Source: an uncultured bacterium (GTDB taxonomy: Bacteria > Auribacterota > Erginobacteria > Erginobacterales > Erginobacteraceae). From it: DNA of 64,000 nt. The position numbers and the translations under genes are program-made. Position 1 is the stretch's first letter; each line of letters starts with the position of its first letter. The notes beneath the pieces are model-generated. The model made no database searches and was not told the origin of the DNA. It saw only the letters and a program-made list of their open reading frames with translations. Where the stretch lies: NCBI GenBank assembly GCA_964465735.1, contig CAYXKT010000002.1, forward strand, positions 472-64,471, written 5' to 3'. This document shows, in pieces, positions 37,341 to 47,715 of this stretch.

Positions 37341-38876
37341 TTATGCTCCCGGCGGAACCTGAATATTCTCTTCCGTCCCCACCACATCTCTCCCCCGGAG
37401 CCGGAACCAATACCGGGCGAGGGCCAGGGCGCTGTTCAGGGCCATTATTATCAGGACCCAGCGGGCCCAGAGCAAGACATACCGCGTAAGATAACTCTCG
37501 AATGACATCAGGGGGAGGAGGGAGGCCAGGTAAACGATCAAGCCGTCCCGGCGAACCAGGATTAACCGGAGCGCCAGGGCAAAAACCACTCCCAGGAAGC
37601 CAAAGCCGCTCAGGACGCCAACCCACCCCCAGTCAGCGTAGGACGAACCCAGGACCGTAACCAACTGGTCGAACCGGGCCAGTTCGAAATGCCGGTTCAC
37701 TGTACCCGCCACCACCATCGGGGGCTTGCCGGGCCACAACACCCTCGGCACGACCGCAGCCGCGGCTTCCAGGTTGTGCCTGCCCCCAAGGAAGGAGACC
37801 CCAAAGCGGTTGTGGGACTCCATCAGGGCCGCCGGCCAGTCGAAACCGTTGAAACGGACCACCATACTCTGCCGGAGCAAGATATCCACCGGCTCCAGGT
37901 CGAAAAACTCGGGATTGGCCACGATCAGCCGAGCACGACGAAAAATATTCCTCTCTTCGGCAATATGCCTCCGGAGAGAGGGATCGGTGCGAGTCAAGTG
38001 TTTGGCCGAAGTCATCAGGAAAAATCCGCCAAGCAGCAGGAAAAATCCCCAGACCACGACTTTCAATCTGATCGACCGGCGAGGATAGAGATAATAGACC
38101 GCGAACGATATGATCAGACAGTAGATTATGATCCGCCGGTTTTCGTAGGCCAGCATCACCGGCAGCAGGAGAGCAAAAAAGATAAAGATCAATTTCGGGG
38201 AGATGCGCCGGGGTCCGGTCCGAGCCAGGAGCAGACTCAGCATTATCCAGGCGGTTCCCAGCAACCAGGGACCTCCCTGCAGAAATATGTTCTCGATTGC
38301 GCCCTCCACCCCGGCAAAGCCGAAGGAGTGCATAACAAATGAACGGGTCATATATCCGAAAATCCCCAAGCAGAGGAAATACCAGAAGAGGGCGGTCCAG
38401 GGGAGAAAGCCCTGCATCATCGGGGAGTAGAAACTTTCCAGGGCGGATTCCAGCGACCGGTCCAAATCAGACATCCGGACCGCCCAGCGATACATTAGGT
38501 CGAAGACCAGCAGCCCGGCCAGGCAGAGCGCGAGCGCCGGGATGTAATATTCATCGGCGCCAAGATTGAAGTATCCGATGATCCCGGCATTGGGAAACGC
38601 CAGCCGGGGGAGCGGGCCGAGGCCGAAATAAACGAACGAGTTGACCAGGACAATACCGTGGGGAGAAAGAAAACCCATAATTCCCGGGTGAACCGGACTG
38701 GTCAGCCAGCGGAAACAGATCATCGTCATCACGATCAACCCGACGGAATACTGCAGGGAGTATGCCGCACCACGGGACGGCAAAAGGAGAAAAAAGCCCC
38801 CCGCTCCGAGACCACAGGCCAGCCAGGCGACCACCCTCCGGCCCAGCTTCAGGTCAACCAGTTCCATAACGGCCAA
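37341..38876 (-). CDS. Polytopic membrane protein, Wzy-like oligosaccharide repeat-unit polymerase candidate
   Basis: 511 aa with about 12 TM helices and one large loop. Position in the operon between the GT4 and kinase genes. Confidence 0.45.
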   Translation of the reverse strand: MAVMELVDLKLGRRVVAWLACGLGAGGFFLLLPSRGAAYSLQYSVGLIVMTMICFRWLTSPVHPGIMGFLSPHGIVLVNSFVYFGLGPLPRLAFPNAGIIGYFNLGADEYYIPALALCLAGLLVFDLMYRWAVRMSDLDRSLESALESFYSPMMQGFLPWTALFWYFLCLGIFGYMTRSFVMHSFGFAGVEGAIENIFLQGGPWLLGTAWIMLSLLLARTGPRRISPKLIFIFFALLLPVMLAYENRRIIIYCLIISFAVYYLYPRRSIRLKVVVWGFFLLLGGFFLMTSAKHLTRTDPSLRRHIAEERNIFRRARLIVANPEFFDLEPVDILLRQSMVVRFNGFDWPAALMESHNRFGVSFLGGRHNLEAAAAVVPRVLWPGKPPMVVAGTVNRHFELARFDQLVTVLGSSYADWGWVGVLSGFGFLGVVFALALRLILVRRDGLIVYLASLLPLMSFESYLTRYVLLWARWVLIIMALNSALALARYWFRLRGRDVVGTEENIQVPPGA

Positions 38877-39939
38877 CTCCCCGGTTACCGGATATCCGCG
38901 GCAGGCAATATCCCGGCCGCGGTCTTCCGTGATCCCGGACTGCCTTGTTCAGAAGATGCTCCACCCCCTTGAGAGCGGCGATCGAAACGGGCAGAAGCAG
39001 GGCCCGGCCGATCCTGACCGGGATGACAGCCTGTTCCAACAGATATAGTGAGGTTAGGGCCTTGAGCTGGCCGGGAACCTCCTCGAGGAAGGATTGTAGG
39101 GAGACCTCCGAATCGGTACAGAGCCATCTTTCGTTGACGAAAAAATCGAGCAGGTCACGGCAACGGCAGAAGCAGCCGGAGTTCTCCCAATCAATAATCC
39201 TGATCGAGCCATCGGGAGCGAAGAACAGCTGATCCGGCCGCAAATCCCCGTGCGAAAAGACCAGCTCCACCCGGTCCAGGCGGGAGGCCGAGTTTTTCAG
39301 GGACCGGACATACCGCCGGACCTCCTTGTCGGCTTCCGGCCGGGAAAGGATCTCTCCGGACAGGCCGGCAAGATAATCTTCGGTTTCGACCACCCGGACC
39401 GGCGCCGAATCTTGCACCTTCCGGACAATCTCTTTCAGGCGGCCGGCGAAGCCAGCCGCGTCGAGGTCGCGCAGAGATCCCGACTTGAAGGGGCGCTCGC
39501 AGATGAATTCCTCGCTGAAGACCCCGGCCTTCCGATCGACAGCGAACAGCCGGGGGATAAAGTCGGCCCCAGCCAGCCGCTGGCGGGCCGTTACCTCGTT
39601 ATCGAAGAACGGCGACAGATCTTTATTTTTCAGAATATTTACCACCTTACGGCGGTCGAAATCAATTATCCGGAAAAATCGCCGGGCATCGATGATCACC
39701 TCGGGCTTTGCCCGGTCGAGAAAAGGGCGGAGCCGCTCAAACCGGAGGTGGTTCTCCAATCTCTCCTTTCCCCGTTTCCGGATCCAGGGAACCGCCGGCC
39801 GGGCCAGGCGCTTCAAGAGACGCCTCGACCGGGTCCGCGATCGGATCGCCCAGAAATGCTTCATCACGTAACCGACGGCCCGGGGCGATTCCGGGTCGAA
39901 GAAGACCGGATAGGAGAGAAACCGGATCAGTTTTGTCAC
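38854..39939 (-). CDS. APH/choline-kinase-fold phosphotransferase
   Basis: Catalytic loop SHGDLRPDQLFF and metal-binding IIDWENSG. The start is probably the GTG at 39937-39939, overlapping the upstream stop (GTGA). The ORF-track N-terminal extension of 160 aa is low-complexity and overlaps the upstream gene. Confidence 0.55.
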   Translation of the reverse strand: MTKLIRFLSYPVFFDPESPRAVGYVMKHFWAIRSRTRSRRLLKRLARPAVPWIRKRGKERLENHLRFERLRPFLDRAKPEVIIDARRFFRIIDFDRRKVVNILKNKDLSPFFDNEVTARQRLAGADFIPRLFAVDRKAGVFSEEFICERPFKSGSLRDLDAAGFAGRLKEIVRKVQDSAPVRVVETEDYLAGLSGEILSRPEADKEVRRYVRSLKNSASRLDRVELVFSHGDLRPDQLFFAPDGSIRIIDWENSGCFCRCRDLLDFFVNERWLCTDSEVSLQSFLEEVPGQLKALTSLYLLEQAVIPVRIGRALLLPVSIAALKGVEHLLNKAVRDHGRPRPGYCLPRISGNRGVGRYGTG

Positions 39940-41174
39940 CGCGACTGTTCCTCCCCCCGGCTGACGATTCCGGCCAGCATCTCTTCGGCGATCACCGCCG
40001 GCGGTCGATCGGTCTTGATAACCAGGCGGTATCGGGACCGACGGCTCATTCCGTCCAGGACCAGGGCGTGGGCGGCCGCTTCTCGGGGGGTCAACTCCCC
40101 CTTGCGCCGGGCGATCTCCTCCGGCTCGTTCCACAACAATATAAATAGGTCCGGGCGGGGAAGCAGGAGGTAAAGAACCCTGATCAGTCCTTCCGGAACC
40201 GCAAAACCCATCGACCGGGACTTGACCGCGTAGGTGAAAAACTTGTCGGCGATAAACCACCCGCCGGACGCCTGAAACTTCCTGATCACCAGCCACTGAT
40301 AGAGCTGGATATCGAGAAAATGATAAAGCAGCCGGGGAATATCCAGGACCGCCGGCCAGACCCGGGGCGGAGCCGGCGGCGAGGTTGAGCCGGGGGGACA
40401 AGCGGGTAATACCCCCTGCCGGAAGGGACGTTCCGGAAGCATCCCGGTCTTTCCCCCGAGATGCCGGATCCGAAAACAGATTCCCAGTCCTTCCAGCCGG
40501 TCCCCGAGCTCGGCCAAGGCGGTGGTTTTCCCCACTCCGTCGGGGCCGTTGACCACCACGTAAAGTCCCGCGGGGAAGAGAAAATCCATCCAGAACCGGA
40601 TATCACCCACCCAGCGGAAAAACCGGTGGAGGGGACGCTCCCGGTATCTGGCCGCCAGCTCCTTTAGCCGGTTTTCGATCCGGATCTCCAAGGCCCGATC
40701 CTCTCGGAAAGCCGATTCCAGGATCCGAAGATAGTCCGGCTTGGGCTTGCGCCGGTGATGGATAAAAAGGCAGGTCAGGAATTCTTCCCTCCCCAACAAA
40801 CTGAATCCCTGCCGGGTCCATCGGCGGCCGACGAGAAAGATTCGGGCGGGAACCATCCCGGAGTCGAGACGGACGACCGAGCGAAGATCGAAAATCGCCG
40901 AATAGCCGTGCCAGTGGAGGGCAACCACCCTTCTCCCGTAACGGCTTCGGACCACCTGGACGAATCTCCACCCCGTATCCAGACGCGCGGCTTCGACAAC
41001 CAGTGAGGAAAACCGCTCAAGATCTCCGCCCGAGACCAGGATATCGGCGTCCTTGGCGGTCCCGGACAAAACCTGACGGAAATTCCTCATCAGGGCATAG
41101 TTGATCTTCCGCCGACCGGCCGACCGCAGAACTTCTCGGATCAGCTCAGCCCGGTTTTCTTGGAGAGTCTTCAT
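39936..41174 (-). CDS. Two-domain protein: N-terminal nucleotidyltransferase-like region plus C-terminal thymidylate-kinase-like P-loop kinase
   Basis: 412 aa. P-loop VVVNGPDGVGKTTALAELG (Tmk-like GxDGxGKTT). N-terminal region GTAKDADILVSGGD. Function not assignable. Confidence 0.45.
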   Translation of the reverse strand: MKTLQENRAELIREVLRSAGRRKINYALMRNFRQVLSGTAKDADILVSGGDLERFSSLVVEAARLDTGWRFVQVVRSRYGRRVVALHWHGYSAIFDLRSVVRLDSGMVPARIFLVGRRWTRQGFSLLGREEFLTCLFIHHRRKPKPDYLRILESAFREDRALEIRIENRLKELAARYRERPLHRFFRWVGDIRFWMDFLFPAGLYVVVNGPDGVGKTTALAELGDRLEGLGICFRIRHLGGKTGMLPERPFRQGVLPACPPGSTSPPAPPRVWPAVLDIPRLLYHFLDIQLYQWLVIRKFQASGGWFIADKFFTYAVKSRSMGFAVPEGLIRVLYLLLPRPDLFILLWNEPEEIARRKGELTPREAAAHALVLDGMSRRSRYRLVIKTDRPPAVIAEEMLAGIVSRGEEQSR

Positions 41175-41178
41175 ATAT

Positions 41179-42594
41179 TCAATTCCACCAGTACCGCTTC
41201 AGCCAGAGCAATTCCGGACGGCAGGCCGTCCATAACAGTCCCAGGTAAATCAAGCATACTACAACCGAAACGGCCGGGGAAGGCAATCCGGAGTAAACCA
41301 GAAGGCCCCAGCCGACCAGTCCGGCCGAAACCGCCAGGACCAGCGGCTTGACCAGTAAGGCCGGTTGAAGCTGCTGCAAACGGAGAAGGATAGCCAGCAG
41401 GTATCCAACCCCGGCCAGCTGGGAGAACCCCAGGTTCAGCGCCATCAGGTAAATCGGAGACGGTCCGTCTTCCGCGCCCGCCAGACGGTAAATCCCCAGG
41501 GATATCAGGAGAAAGATCGCGATCTCCATCAGGCGGCCCCAGGCGACGTGGAGCGGATCCTTGACGGCGAAAAACACCTGCTGAATGAACACGGCGGGGA
41601 CGATCACGACCAGGTAAAGACTGAAGAAGGGAAGCGCTCGAGCGGTGGGGACCCACCGGGCTCCGAGAACCAGAACGATCAGGTCCCGGAGAAAGAAGAT
41701 CGCGGCCAGGGCAAAAAAGGAACCCAGGGCCAGGTTGAGAAATATCCCCAGGTTGATCAGCGAATCCAGCCGGCGGAGATCGCTCTTGAGCCGGTTGATC
41801 AGGGAAAAGGCGAACCGGGCGTTGATCTCCCTGACCAGCCCGACGGCCGAAGAAACAATCATCAGGCCCCGCTCGTAAGCTCCCACGAAAGCCACCGGGA
41901 CCATCAACCCCAGGATCAGCTTATCCAGGGACTGCATCATCGTCGCGCAGATCCGGACAACAAACTTTTTCGAACCGTAAACCAGCACCACCCGGAGAAC
42001 TTCTTTTTCCCAGCCAACCCCGTATTCCCAGCGGCAGCATTTGAAGAAGATCACTGTCTCCAGAAGCACCCGGACGTACATCCCGGCCACCAGGCTGTAA
42101 ACCCCGGCGCCGGCCAGGGCCAGCCCCAGCGTGGCCAGGATACCGGCCGTCCGTGCGAGGAAATGCACGATCTCGGTCGTCTTGAAATCAAGGTTTCTCT
42201 CGATGACGAACTGGAAAATCAGGCTGAAAAAAGTTAGGATATGCCCGGCGATCAGCAGGAGATATATCCGGGAGATCTGCTCGCCGTAAACCCGGCTGAC
42301 GATCAACGCCCCGGGTACGGTCAGAACCGCGTAGGCGGCGGCCTGGAGAATCGTAATTCCGAGAACGTTTCTCTCGATGTTTTTCACCTCCTGGAACTGG
42401 ATTACGCAATGAGCGAAACCGAAGGAGATAAACATCGCGATAAACCCCAGAGAGGACTCGGCCAGGGCGAACACCCCGAAGACCTCCGGGGAGAGGATCC
42501 GCATAATCAGCAGGTGGAAGAAGAGAGAGACAACAAATTGCCCCTGTCTGCCGATCAAAATCCACTTAACACTCTGCTTGATCTTGGCTTTCAC
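41179..42594 (-). CDS. Wzx-like polysaccharide flippase (MOP superfamily)
   Basis: 471 aa with about 12-14 TM helices. N-terminus MKAKIKQSVKWILIGRQGQFVVSLFFHLLIMRIL, as in polysaccharide biosynthesis protein family flippases. Confidence 0.7.
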   Translation of the reverse strand: MKAKIKQSVKWILIGRQGQFVVSLFFHLLIMRILSPEVFGVFALAESSLGFIAMFISFGFAHCVIQFQEVKNIERNVLGITILQAAAYAVLTVPGALIVSRVYGEQISRIYLLLIAGHILTFFSLIFQFVIERNLDFKTTEIVHFLARTAGILATLGLALAGAGVYSLVAGMYVRVLLETVIFFKCCRWEYGVGWEKEVLRVVLVYGSKKFVVRICATMMQSLDKLILGLMVPVAFVGAYERGLMIVSSAVGLVREINARFAFSLINRLKSDLRRLDSLINLGIFLNLALGSFFALAAIFFLRDLIVLVLGARWVPTARALPFFSLYLVVIVPAVFIQQVFFAVKDPLHVAWGRLMEIAIFLLISLGIYRLAGAEDGPSPIYLMALNLGFSQLAGVGYLLAILLRLQQLQPALLVKPLVLAVSAGLVGWGLLVYSGLPSPAVSVVVCLIYLGLLWTACRPELLWLKRYWWN

Positions 42595-42667
42595 GTTCCC
42601 AGTGGAAGATAAATGGTTGGCGGGCCGGTCCGCGGATGGGTCACCGCTTTCCGGCCCCGGAGAGATA

Positions 42668-43720
42668 TCACTCCCGGCCGATAATATCCAGCATTCTCTC
42701 TGCCCGGTCCCGGATGGTATGACCTCCCGCCCTCACCCTTTCGAACCCGGCCCGGGAGACGGTTTCCCGTTCTCGTTCGTGCTCCAGGTAATAGCGGGCT
42801 TTATCCCGCAATTCTTCCGGGGAAGAGAAAAAGGCCATCTCCTTACCCTCGGTGAAGAATTCCCCCAACTCCTCCGAACGCTCCGAGAGAGTAAAGACCC
42901 CGCAGGCCGGCAGTTCGAACGAACGGTGATTATGGGTATCCCGATTCTCCCCCCGGAGGAAATTGAGGCCGATCGGGGAGGCGTTGAGAATGGCTGAGAG
43001 CTCGGCGCCCCGGACGATCCGGCCGTTTCCAGTCCGCTTTACGGCCAACCGGAGGCCGGACTCCAACTTCGCCCGGCCCCAGTACGCTCCCCAGATCGAA
43101 CGGGAAAACCCGCTGAGGGCCTCGAGCAGCCGGGCCCGATCCGAGGTATAGGTTCCGGCAAAGACCAGCTGGCGGCCGTACGTATCGCGGATTTCCTTCG
43201 ACGGTCGGACCGGGAAATGGGCCGAACCGTCGTAACCGAGGGGGAGATAGCGGACCCTTTCCGCTCCCAAACCGCGCAGTTCCTCAACATTGACCTGTTT
43301 AGCGGGGAAGATCCAGTGATAGAGCGGGACAATCCCTTCCAGGTCCGGGAAGCGGTTGCCAGGCGAGAGGGAGAAAAAATCGTCATAGTTGACGTTGACC
43401 AGGATCGTCCCCGGCAGTTCCCGGCGGATCAGGCGGAGGATCTCCGGCTTGACCAGGTTGCCCTTGACGACCAGGAGGAGATCGGGTTTCAGCCGGAGCG
43501 CGTTATCCCGAATGGCCCGGTTATATCGATCCGTCAGGCGGTTCCGGTTGAGGCGCCTCAGCAACCGCCCGGCCGGGCCGTAACCGAGCGGAAAGTACTC
43601 CAGGGTGTTGACGAAGGCCGCCCGCCGCCCCGCTCCGCCTAAAGCGCGGAGGAAACTCTCGCCGATCGCGAACGGGCCGACCGGAGCGACCAGGAGCACA
43701 TTTTCAATCCTCTTATTCAT
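42668..43720 (-). CDS. CgeB-family (DUF3880-like) glycosyltransferase
   Basis: 350 aa. C-terminal FLEGKEMAFFSSPEELRDKARYYLEHERERE...GHTIRDR, as in the CgeB/GT1-like family. Confidence 0.55.
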   Translation of the reverse strand: MNKRIENVLLVAPVGPFAIGESFLRALGGAGRRAAFVNTLEYFPLGYGPAGRLLRRLNRNRLTDRYNRAIRDNALRLKPDLLLVVKGNLVKPEILRLIRRELPGTILVNVNYDDFFSLSPGNRFPDLEGIVPLYHWIFPAKQVNVEELRGLGAERVRYLPLGYDGSAHFPVRPSKEIRDTYGRQLVFAGTYTSDRARLLEALSGFSRSIWGAYWGRAKLESGLRLAVKRTGNGRIVRGAELSAILNASPIGLNFLRGENRDTHNHRSFELPACGVFTLSERSEELGEFFTEGKEMAFFSSPEELRDKARYYLEHERERETVSRAGFERVRAGGHTIRDRAERMLDIIGRE

Positions 43721-44870
43721 TGTTCGCTCCCCCCAGGAGCCGCAGGTATTCCCCGGTCACCCGGGAACCGTAATCATCCCAGGAAAAGCCGCTGCGGACC
43801 TTCAGTTTCGCCCGCTCCCCCATCTCCCGCCGGAGATCCGGGTCCCGGTAGAGCCGGAGCAGCTTCTCCTGGATAGCTTCCACGTCCCGGACCGGGACGA
43901 TAAACCCCTCTTTCCCCTCCTCGATAAGGTCTTCCCCTCCGGTGTTGGGCGTGCAGATCAACGGCAACCCGCAAGCCATCGCCTGGAGTTGGACCATCGC
44001 CATCCCCTCTTCCAGGGAAGGCATAACAAAGACGCTGCCCCGCGAGAGATACCGATACAGTTCAGATCGGGGCCGGGAGCCGATGTACCTGTATGTCCCG
44101 GCGTACTCTCTCATCATCGGCTTGATCTCATCCGAGATCGTGCCGATGAAGAGAAGCTCGGCCTCCGGCAGCCGCAGTTCCTGGAAGGCCCGCAGGAGAT
44201 ACTGCACTCCCTTGCGCAGGCTCAGGCAGCCAGCGAAGACCACCCGGAAGACCGAATCCCGGCGGGGAACCTGCCGGAATTCCCCGAGGTCGACCCCGAG
44301 GAAGCACCGGATAATCTTCTCCGGAGGAACTCCCTGCCGGAGAAAGGAATCACGGGCGAAAGAACTGGGGACCGCGATATAATCGGTCTCTTCATACTCC
44401 CGCAGTTCTTTCTCCACCAGGGCCGGATGCGGCAGAACACCCCAGCAGCCGAGCCTCTCGTATTCTTCGGCCAAAATTTGCCTTTGGAAGAGGATATGGG
44501 AGCTGCCCCTCTCCAGGACGGTCTTCATCCCCCGGCGTTTCGCCTCCCGGATAGTCCGGAGGCCGAACGACGACCAACCGACCAGCAGATCTCCCCCCGC
44601 CAGCCTGCGGGATGCCTGGAGGTCGAACAGTTCACTGACCAGGCGAACGGGATCGGCCCGGGCGCTGACCGGCTTGGGGAGTTTCCGCCAGCCTCGGTAA
44701 ATCGCCTGGCAGAGAGGCAGGGATATCACCTTCCCGGGGGGGATTCCATATCCTCGGACCCGGGAAGCCGGGTAGCCGGTAATAATCCGCTCCAGACAGC
44801 CCCTCTGTTCCAGCTGCCGGGCCAGTTCAAAGGAATGGAACATCCCTCCCGTTGTCACGGTAACTTTCAT
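43713..44870 (-). CDS. GT4 glycosyltransferase
   Basis: FVMPSLEEGMAMVQLQAMACGLPLICT (EX7E). Start ATG 44868-44870 in an ATGA overlap with the upstream GT4 stop. The ORF-track start is 44954. Confidence 0.75.
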   Translation of the reverse strand: MKVTVTTGGMFHSFELARQLEQRGCLERIITGYPASRVRGYGIPPGKVISLPLCQAIYRGWRKLPKPVSARADPVRLVSELFDLQASRRLAGGDLLVGWSSFGLRTIREAKRRGMKTVLERGSSHILFQRQILAEEYERLGCWGVLPHPALVEKELREYEETDYIAVPSSFARDSFLRQGVPPEKIIRCFLGVDLGEFRQVPRRDSVFRVVFAGCLSLRKGVQYLLRAFQELRLPEAELLFIGTISDEIKPMMREYAGTYRYIGSRPRSELYRYLSRGSVFVMPSLEEGMAMVQLQAMACGLPLICTPNTGGEDLIEEGKEGFIVPVRDVEAIQEKLLRLYRDPDLRREMGERAKLKVRSGFSWDDYGSRVTGEYLRLLGGANNE

Positions 44871-46057
44871 AATTCGGGCAGCGCACGCAGGGCGCGCAAA
44901 ATCTCCTCCACCCCTTTTTGATAATTCCATCCAGAGACCCTCTCCTGGGCCCACACCCCCATCTCCTCCCGAAGTTCGGGAGACTGAGCAAGCCTTCGCA
45001 TCCGGTCGGCCAAGACCCCAACCTCTCCGACCGGACAGATGAAACCGTTCTCCCCTTCGACCACCAGGTCCCCGGCAGTACCGACCCCGTCGCTGACGAT
45101 AACCGGGAGGGAAAAATTCATCGCCTCGTTCAGGGCCCGGGGAGAAGGGTCGTACTCGGAGGGGAGAACGAAGACGTCCCCAGCGACATAGTATCGGGGC
45201 AGCTCAGTCTGGTTCCGGAACCCGGTGATGACAACATTGGTCAGGCGGCGGCGGGCGATCAGGTTCTCCAGGTCCCGGCGCTGCGCTCCTTCCCCAACGA
45301 AGACCAGGGAAGCTTCCGGCGGGTCACCCAGGAGGCGGTAGGCCTCGAGGAGATCAAGAGCGCGCTTGCGGGGATCGAGCTTCCCGGCGAAGAGAAAGAC
45401 CGGGAGACCGGCAGGGAGACCCAATGCGGTTTTGATCTCCTCCTTCCGCGGGGAGAGTTCCCGGGCCCGGGCCTGGAAATATTCATTATCCACCGCGGCC
45501 GGGTTCCAGTAAATCCTTCCCGGATCGGCCCCATAGGCAAGGTAGTAGTCGGCGTTTTTTTCGCACTCGCTCATAACCGCCGACGCCCGTCGGAAGAGAG
45601 GGGTAAGCACCGCCTTTTTTAAGACCCGGAGGGGGGCGGGGCGGCGGGGCCGGGAGACGACATTGCCCCCGATAAAGACCGGGATCCGGAATACCCCGGC
45701 CGCCAGGAAGGCCAGCCAGGCGGTCAGGTAATTGTAGCCCCAGACGAAGACGGCGTCGTAGCCTCCGGAGACAAGCGCGGGGACGATTCCCGGGTTGCAG
45801 AACCTTCCCAGGAGGGGAACCGGCCCCGAATAGAGACCAGCGAGAAACCGGTGGCGGTACCCTTCGAGCAGGGGGAGATCCCATTTGATATCCATCCGGA
45901 AGGTTCGGTCATACGCCGGTTTTTTTGCTCCGCCCTCCCAGCAATAATAGACCGTCAACTCGATCCCGGGATGCCGTTCCATCTCCTGGTAGAGACGGTA
46001 GTAGTACTGGATGGGATGGGTGACCAGGACCGCCAGACGGTATTTTTGTTTCATCAT
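44867..46057 (-). CDS. GT4 glycosyltransferase
   Basis: 396 aa. ...VLPSEYDPSPRALNEAMNFSLPVIVSDGVG (EX7E region). Confidence 0.75.
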   Translation of the reverse strand: MMKQKYRLAVLVTHPIQYYYRLYQEMERHPGIELTVYYCWEGGAKKPAYDRTFRMDIKWDLPLLEGYRHRFLAGLYSGPVPLLGRFCNPGIVPALVSGGYDAVFVWGYNYLTAWLAFLAAGVFRIPVFIGGNVVSRPRRPAPLRVLKKAVLTPLFRRASAVMSECEKNADYYLAYGADPGRIYWNPAAVDNEYFQARARELSPRKEEIKTALGLPAGLPVFLFAGKLDPRKRALDLLEAYRLLGDPPEASLVFVGEGAQRRDLENLIARRRLTNVVITGFRNQTELPRYYVAGDVFVLPSEYDPSPRALNEAMNFSLPVIVSDGVGTAGDLVVEGENGFICPVGEVGVLADRMRRLAQSPELREEMGVWAQERVSGWNYQKGVEEILRALRALPEL

Positions 46058-46065
46058 CGGGCCAC

Positions 46066-46821
46066 TCAGTTTGTTCCCCGGGCTGATGATATCCGGCGTT
46101 TTTCAGTGATCCCCCCCGGTTGCCGATCCTCCCGGTAGGCGGCCAGCCATCGGTTGATCTCACCGTGCCTCTGTTCCGGGACCGCGATCCTCCACCAGGC
46201 GTTGGGGATGATCCGGGTAACATACCCGTGCCCGGCGAGCAGTTCGATACAGCCCCTCTCCAGGTCGAGTGAATGGGTCTCGATCAGCCAGCGGACCCCG
46301 GGCGACTCCAAGAAATCCGCTGCTCCCTGAAGAGCCTCGACCTCGCCGCCGTCGATGTCGATCTTGATCAGACAGGGAAAGTCCACCCGGTCGCGAAAGG
46401 AATCCAGACTAACCCGGTCGCCCCCATCGGTTGAGCCGACAAACTTCCGGGAGATCACGACCTTCTTTTCCCCGGCGGCGGGGTTGAGGGACAGATTCTT
46501 CCTGATCCGGAGACAATGGTCGGCAGAAGGTTCGAAAGCGTAGACCTTCCCAGCCCCGGTTTTGGTCGCGAAGTAGAGAGTGTGTTCCCCGCAGGCGGCG
46601 CCGATATCGATAGCCGTCCTGGCTATCCGGGAAAACTTTTTCAGCCAGGGGTGGGTCTCGGCCTCCCACAGGCCGAGATACAATTGGCACTGATGGCTGA
46701 AATCGATCTCCATCCGGATCCCCCGGTATAACCCGAAGGGTATGGTTCTGGGCTTGCTTCCCTTCGGGAGCCGGAGAATCCGGTTCTTAAGAAAACGGTT
46801 GAAAGCGCTGCCTCGTGTCAT
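46066..46821 (-). CDS. FkbM-family methyltransferase
   Basis: 251 aa. AIDIGAACGEHTLYFA, VYAFEPS, CLIKIDIDGGEVEALQGA, typical of the FkbM family. Confidence 0.75.
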   Translation of the reverse strand: MTRGSAFNRFLKNRILRLPKGSKPRTIPFGLYRGIRMEIDFSHQCQLYLGLWEAETHPWLKKFSRIARTAIDIGAACGEHTLYFATKTGAGKVYAFEPSADHCLRIRKNLSLNPAAGEKKVVISRKFVGSTDGGDRVSLDSFRDRVDFPCLIKIDIDGGEVEALQGAADFLESPGVRWLIETHSLDLERGCIELLAGHGYVTRIIPNAWWRIAVPEQRHGEINRWLAAYREDRQPGGITEKRRISSARGTN

Positions 46822-46849
46822 ATTTTTCTCTTCGTTGGAGAGTTCCCCA

Positions 46850-47581
46850 TCACTTCCGGGCCGCCGTGACCAGGTTGGCGGTGAAGATCCCCCTCCCCTG
46901 CCCGCTCTCCACCATCAGGGCGAACCGCCAGAGGCCCTCGATACCCTTCCAGAATATGGTCCGGACGGCCGACTTCAGGCTGTAGCCAAAGACCGGGGGA
47001 GCGGAAAAGGTGGCGGCACCCCGGAACCCGGCCAGCAGCAGCGCGGCTTCCAGGCTGTAACTGGTAAACCCCGACTCGTGGGTCAGATCTCCCCAGCGGT
47101 AGCGGAGCGAAAAGGGACTCTCAAGGTTGACGGTCTGAATCAGCAGCACACCACCGGTGATCAGGGATTGGCGGACCAGGATCAGCAGATCGATGACTTC
47201 CTCCCGGGTAAAGTGCTCGATCAGGTCCCGGGCGACCACCGCCCCGTAAGTCCCGGGGTGGTCGGCCAGGTGATCCCTGACGTCCCCCCGGATTATACCC
47301 TCGATCCCCAGCGAGCGGGCAACGGCCACCTGTTCCCCGCTGATATCGATACCCCTGACGTCGGAATATCCGGCCCGGCGGAGATAGTGGACAAAGCCGC
47401 CGCTTCCGCAGCCGACATCGATCAACGGTGTGGAGAGATCCCGGGGAAGATGCCGCCGGAACCGGTTCTCCCAGACCGGAAACTGCCTCTCGATCGCCTC
47501 CAGGGTGATCTCCGGCCGAGCCGGTCGAGGCCGGATCTCATAGTTCTCGTACAACCTCTTCCTGTACTCTTCTCTCTCCAT
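46850..47581 (-). CDS. Class I SAM-dependent methyltransferase
   Basis: 243 aa. LIDVGCGSGGFVHYL, VRGIDIS, LIEHFTREE. Confidence 0.75.
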   Translation of the reverse strand: MEREEYRKRLYENYEIRPRPARPEITLEAIERQFPVWENRFRRHLPRDLSTPLIDVGCGSGGFVHYLRRAGYSDVRGIDISGEQVAVARSLGIEGIIRGDVRDHLADHPGTYGAVVARDLIEHFTREEVIDLLILVRQSLITGGVLLIQTVNLESPFSLRYRWGDLTHESGFTSYSLEAALLLAGFRGAATFSAPPVFGYSLKSAVRTIFWKGIEGLWRFALMVESGQGRGIFTANLVTAARK

Positions 47582-47715
47582 CTGACCCTCCCGGATTCCG
47601 CCGCCGGTGAAGAACAGCGGGGCGGGGTTTTCCCGCTTTGAATACTATACACGGCCCGGGCCGGCAATCAAGGATAGAGTAGCCAGGCGCCCCCTTACCG
47701 GGCGTCCCTATCCGG

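Noticed and set aside
39940-40401. N-terminal extension of 154 aa on ORF 38854..40401
   Set aside because: It overlaps the 3' end of the upstream gene 39936..41174 in another frame and is a low-complexity Pro/Gly/Arg sequence. The GTG at 39937-39939 overlapping the upstream TGA (GTGA) is the more plausible start.
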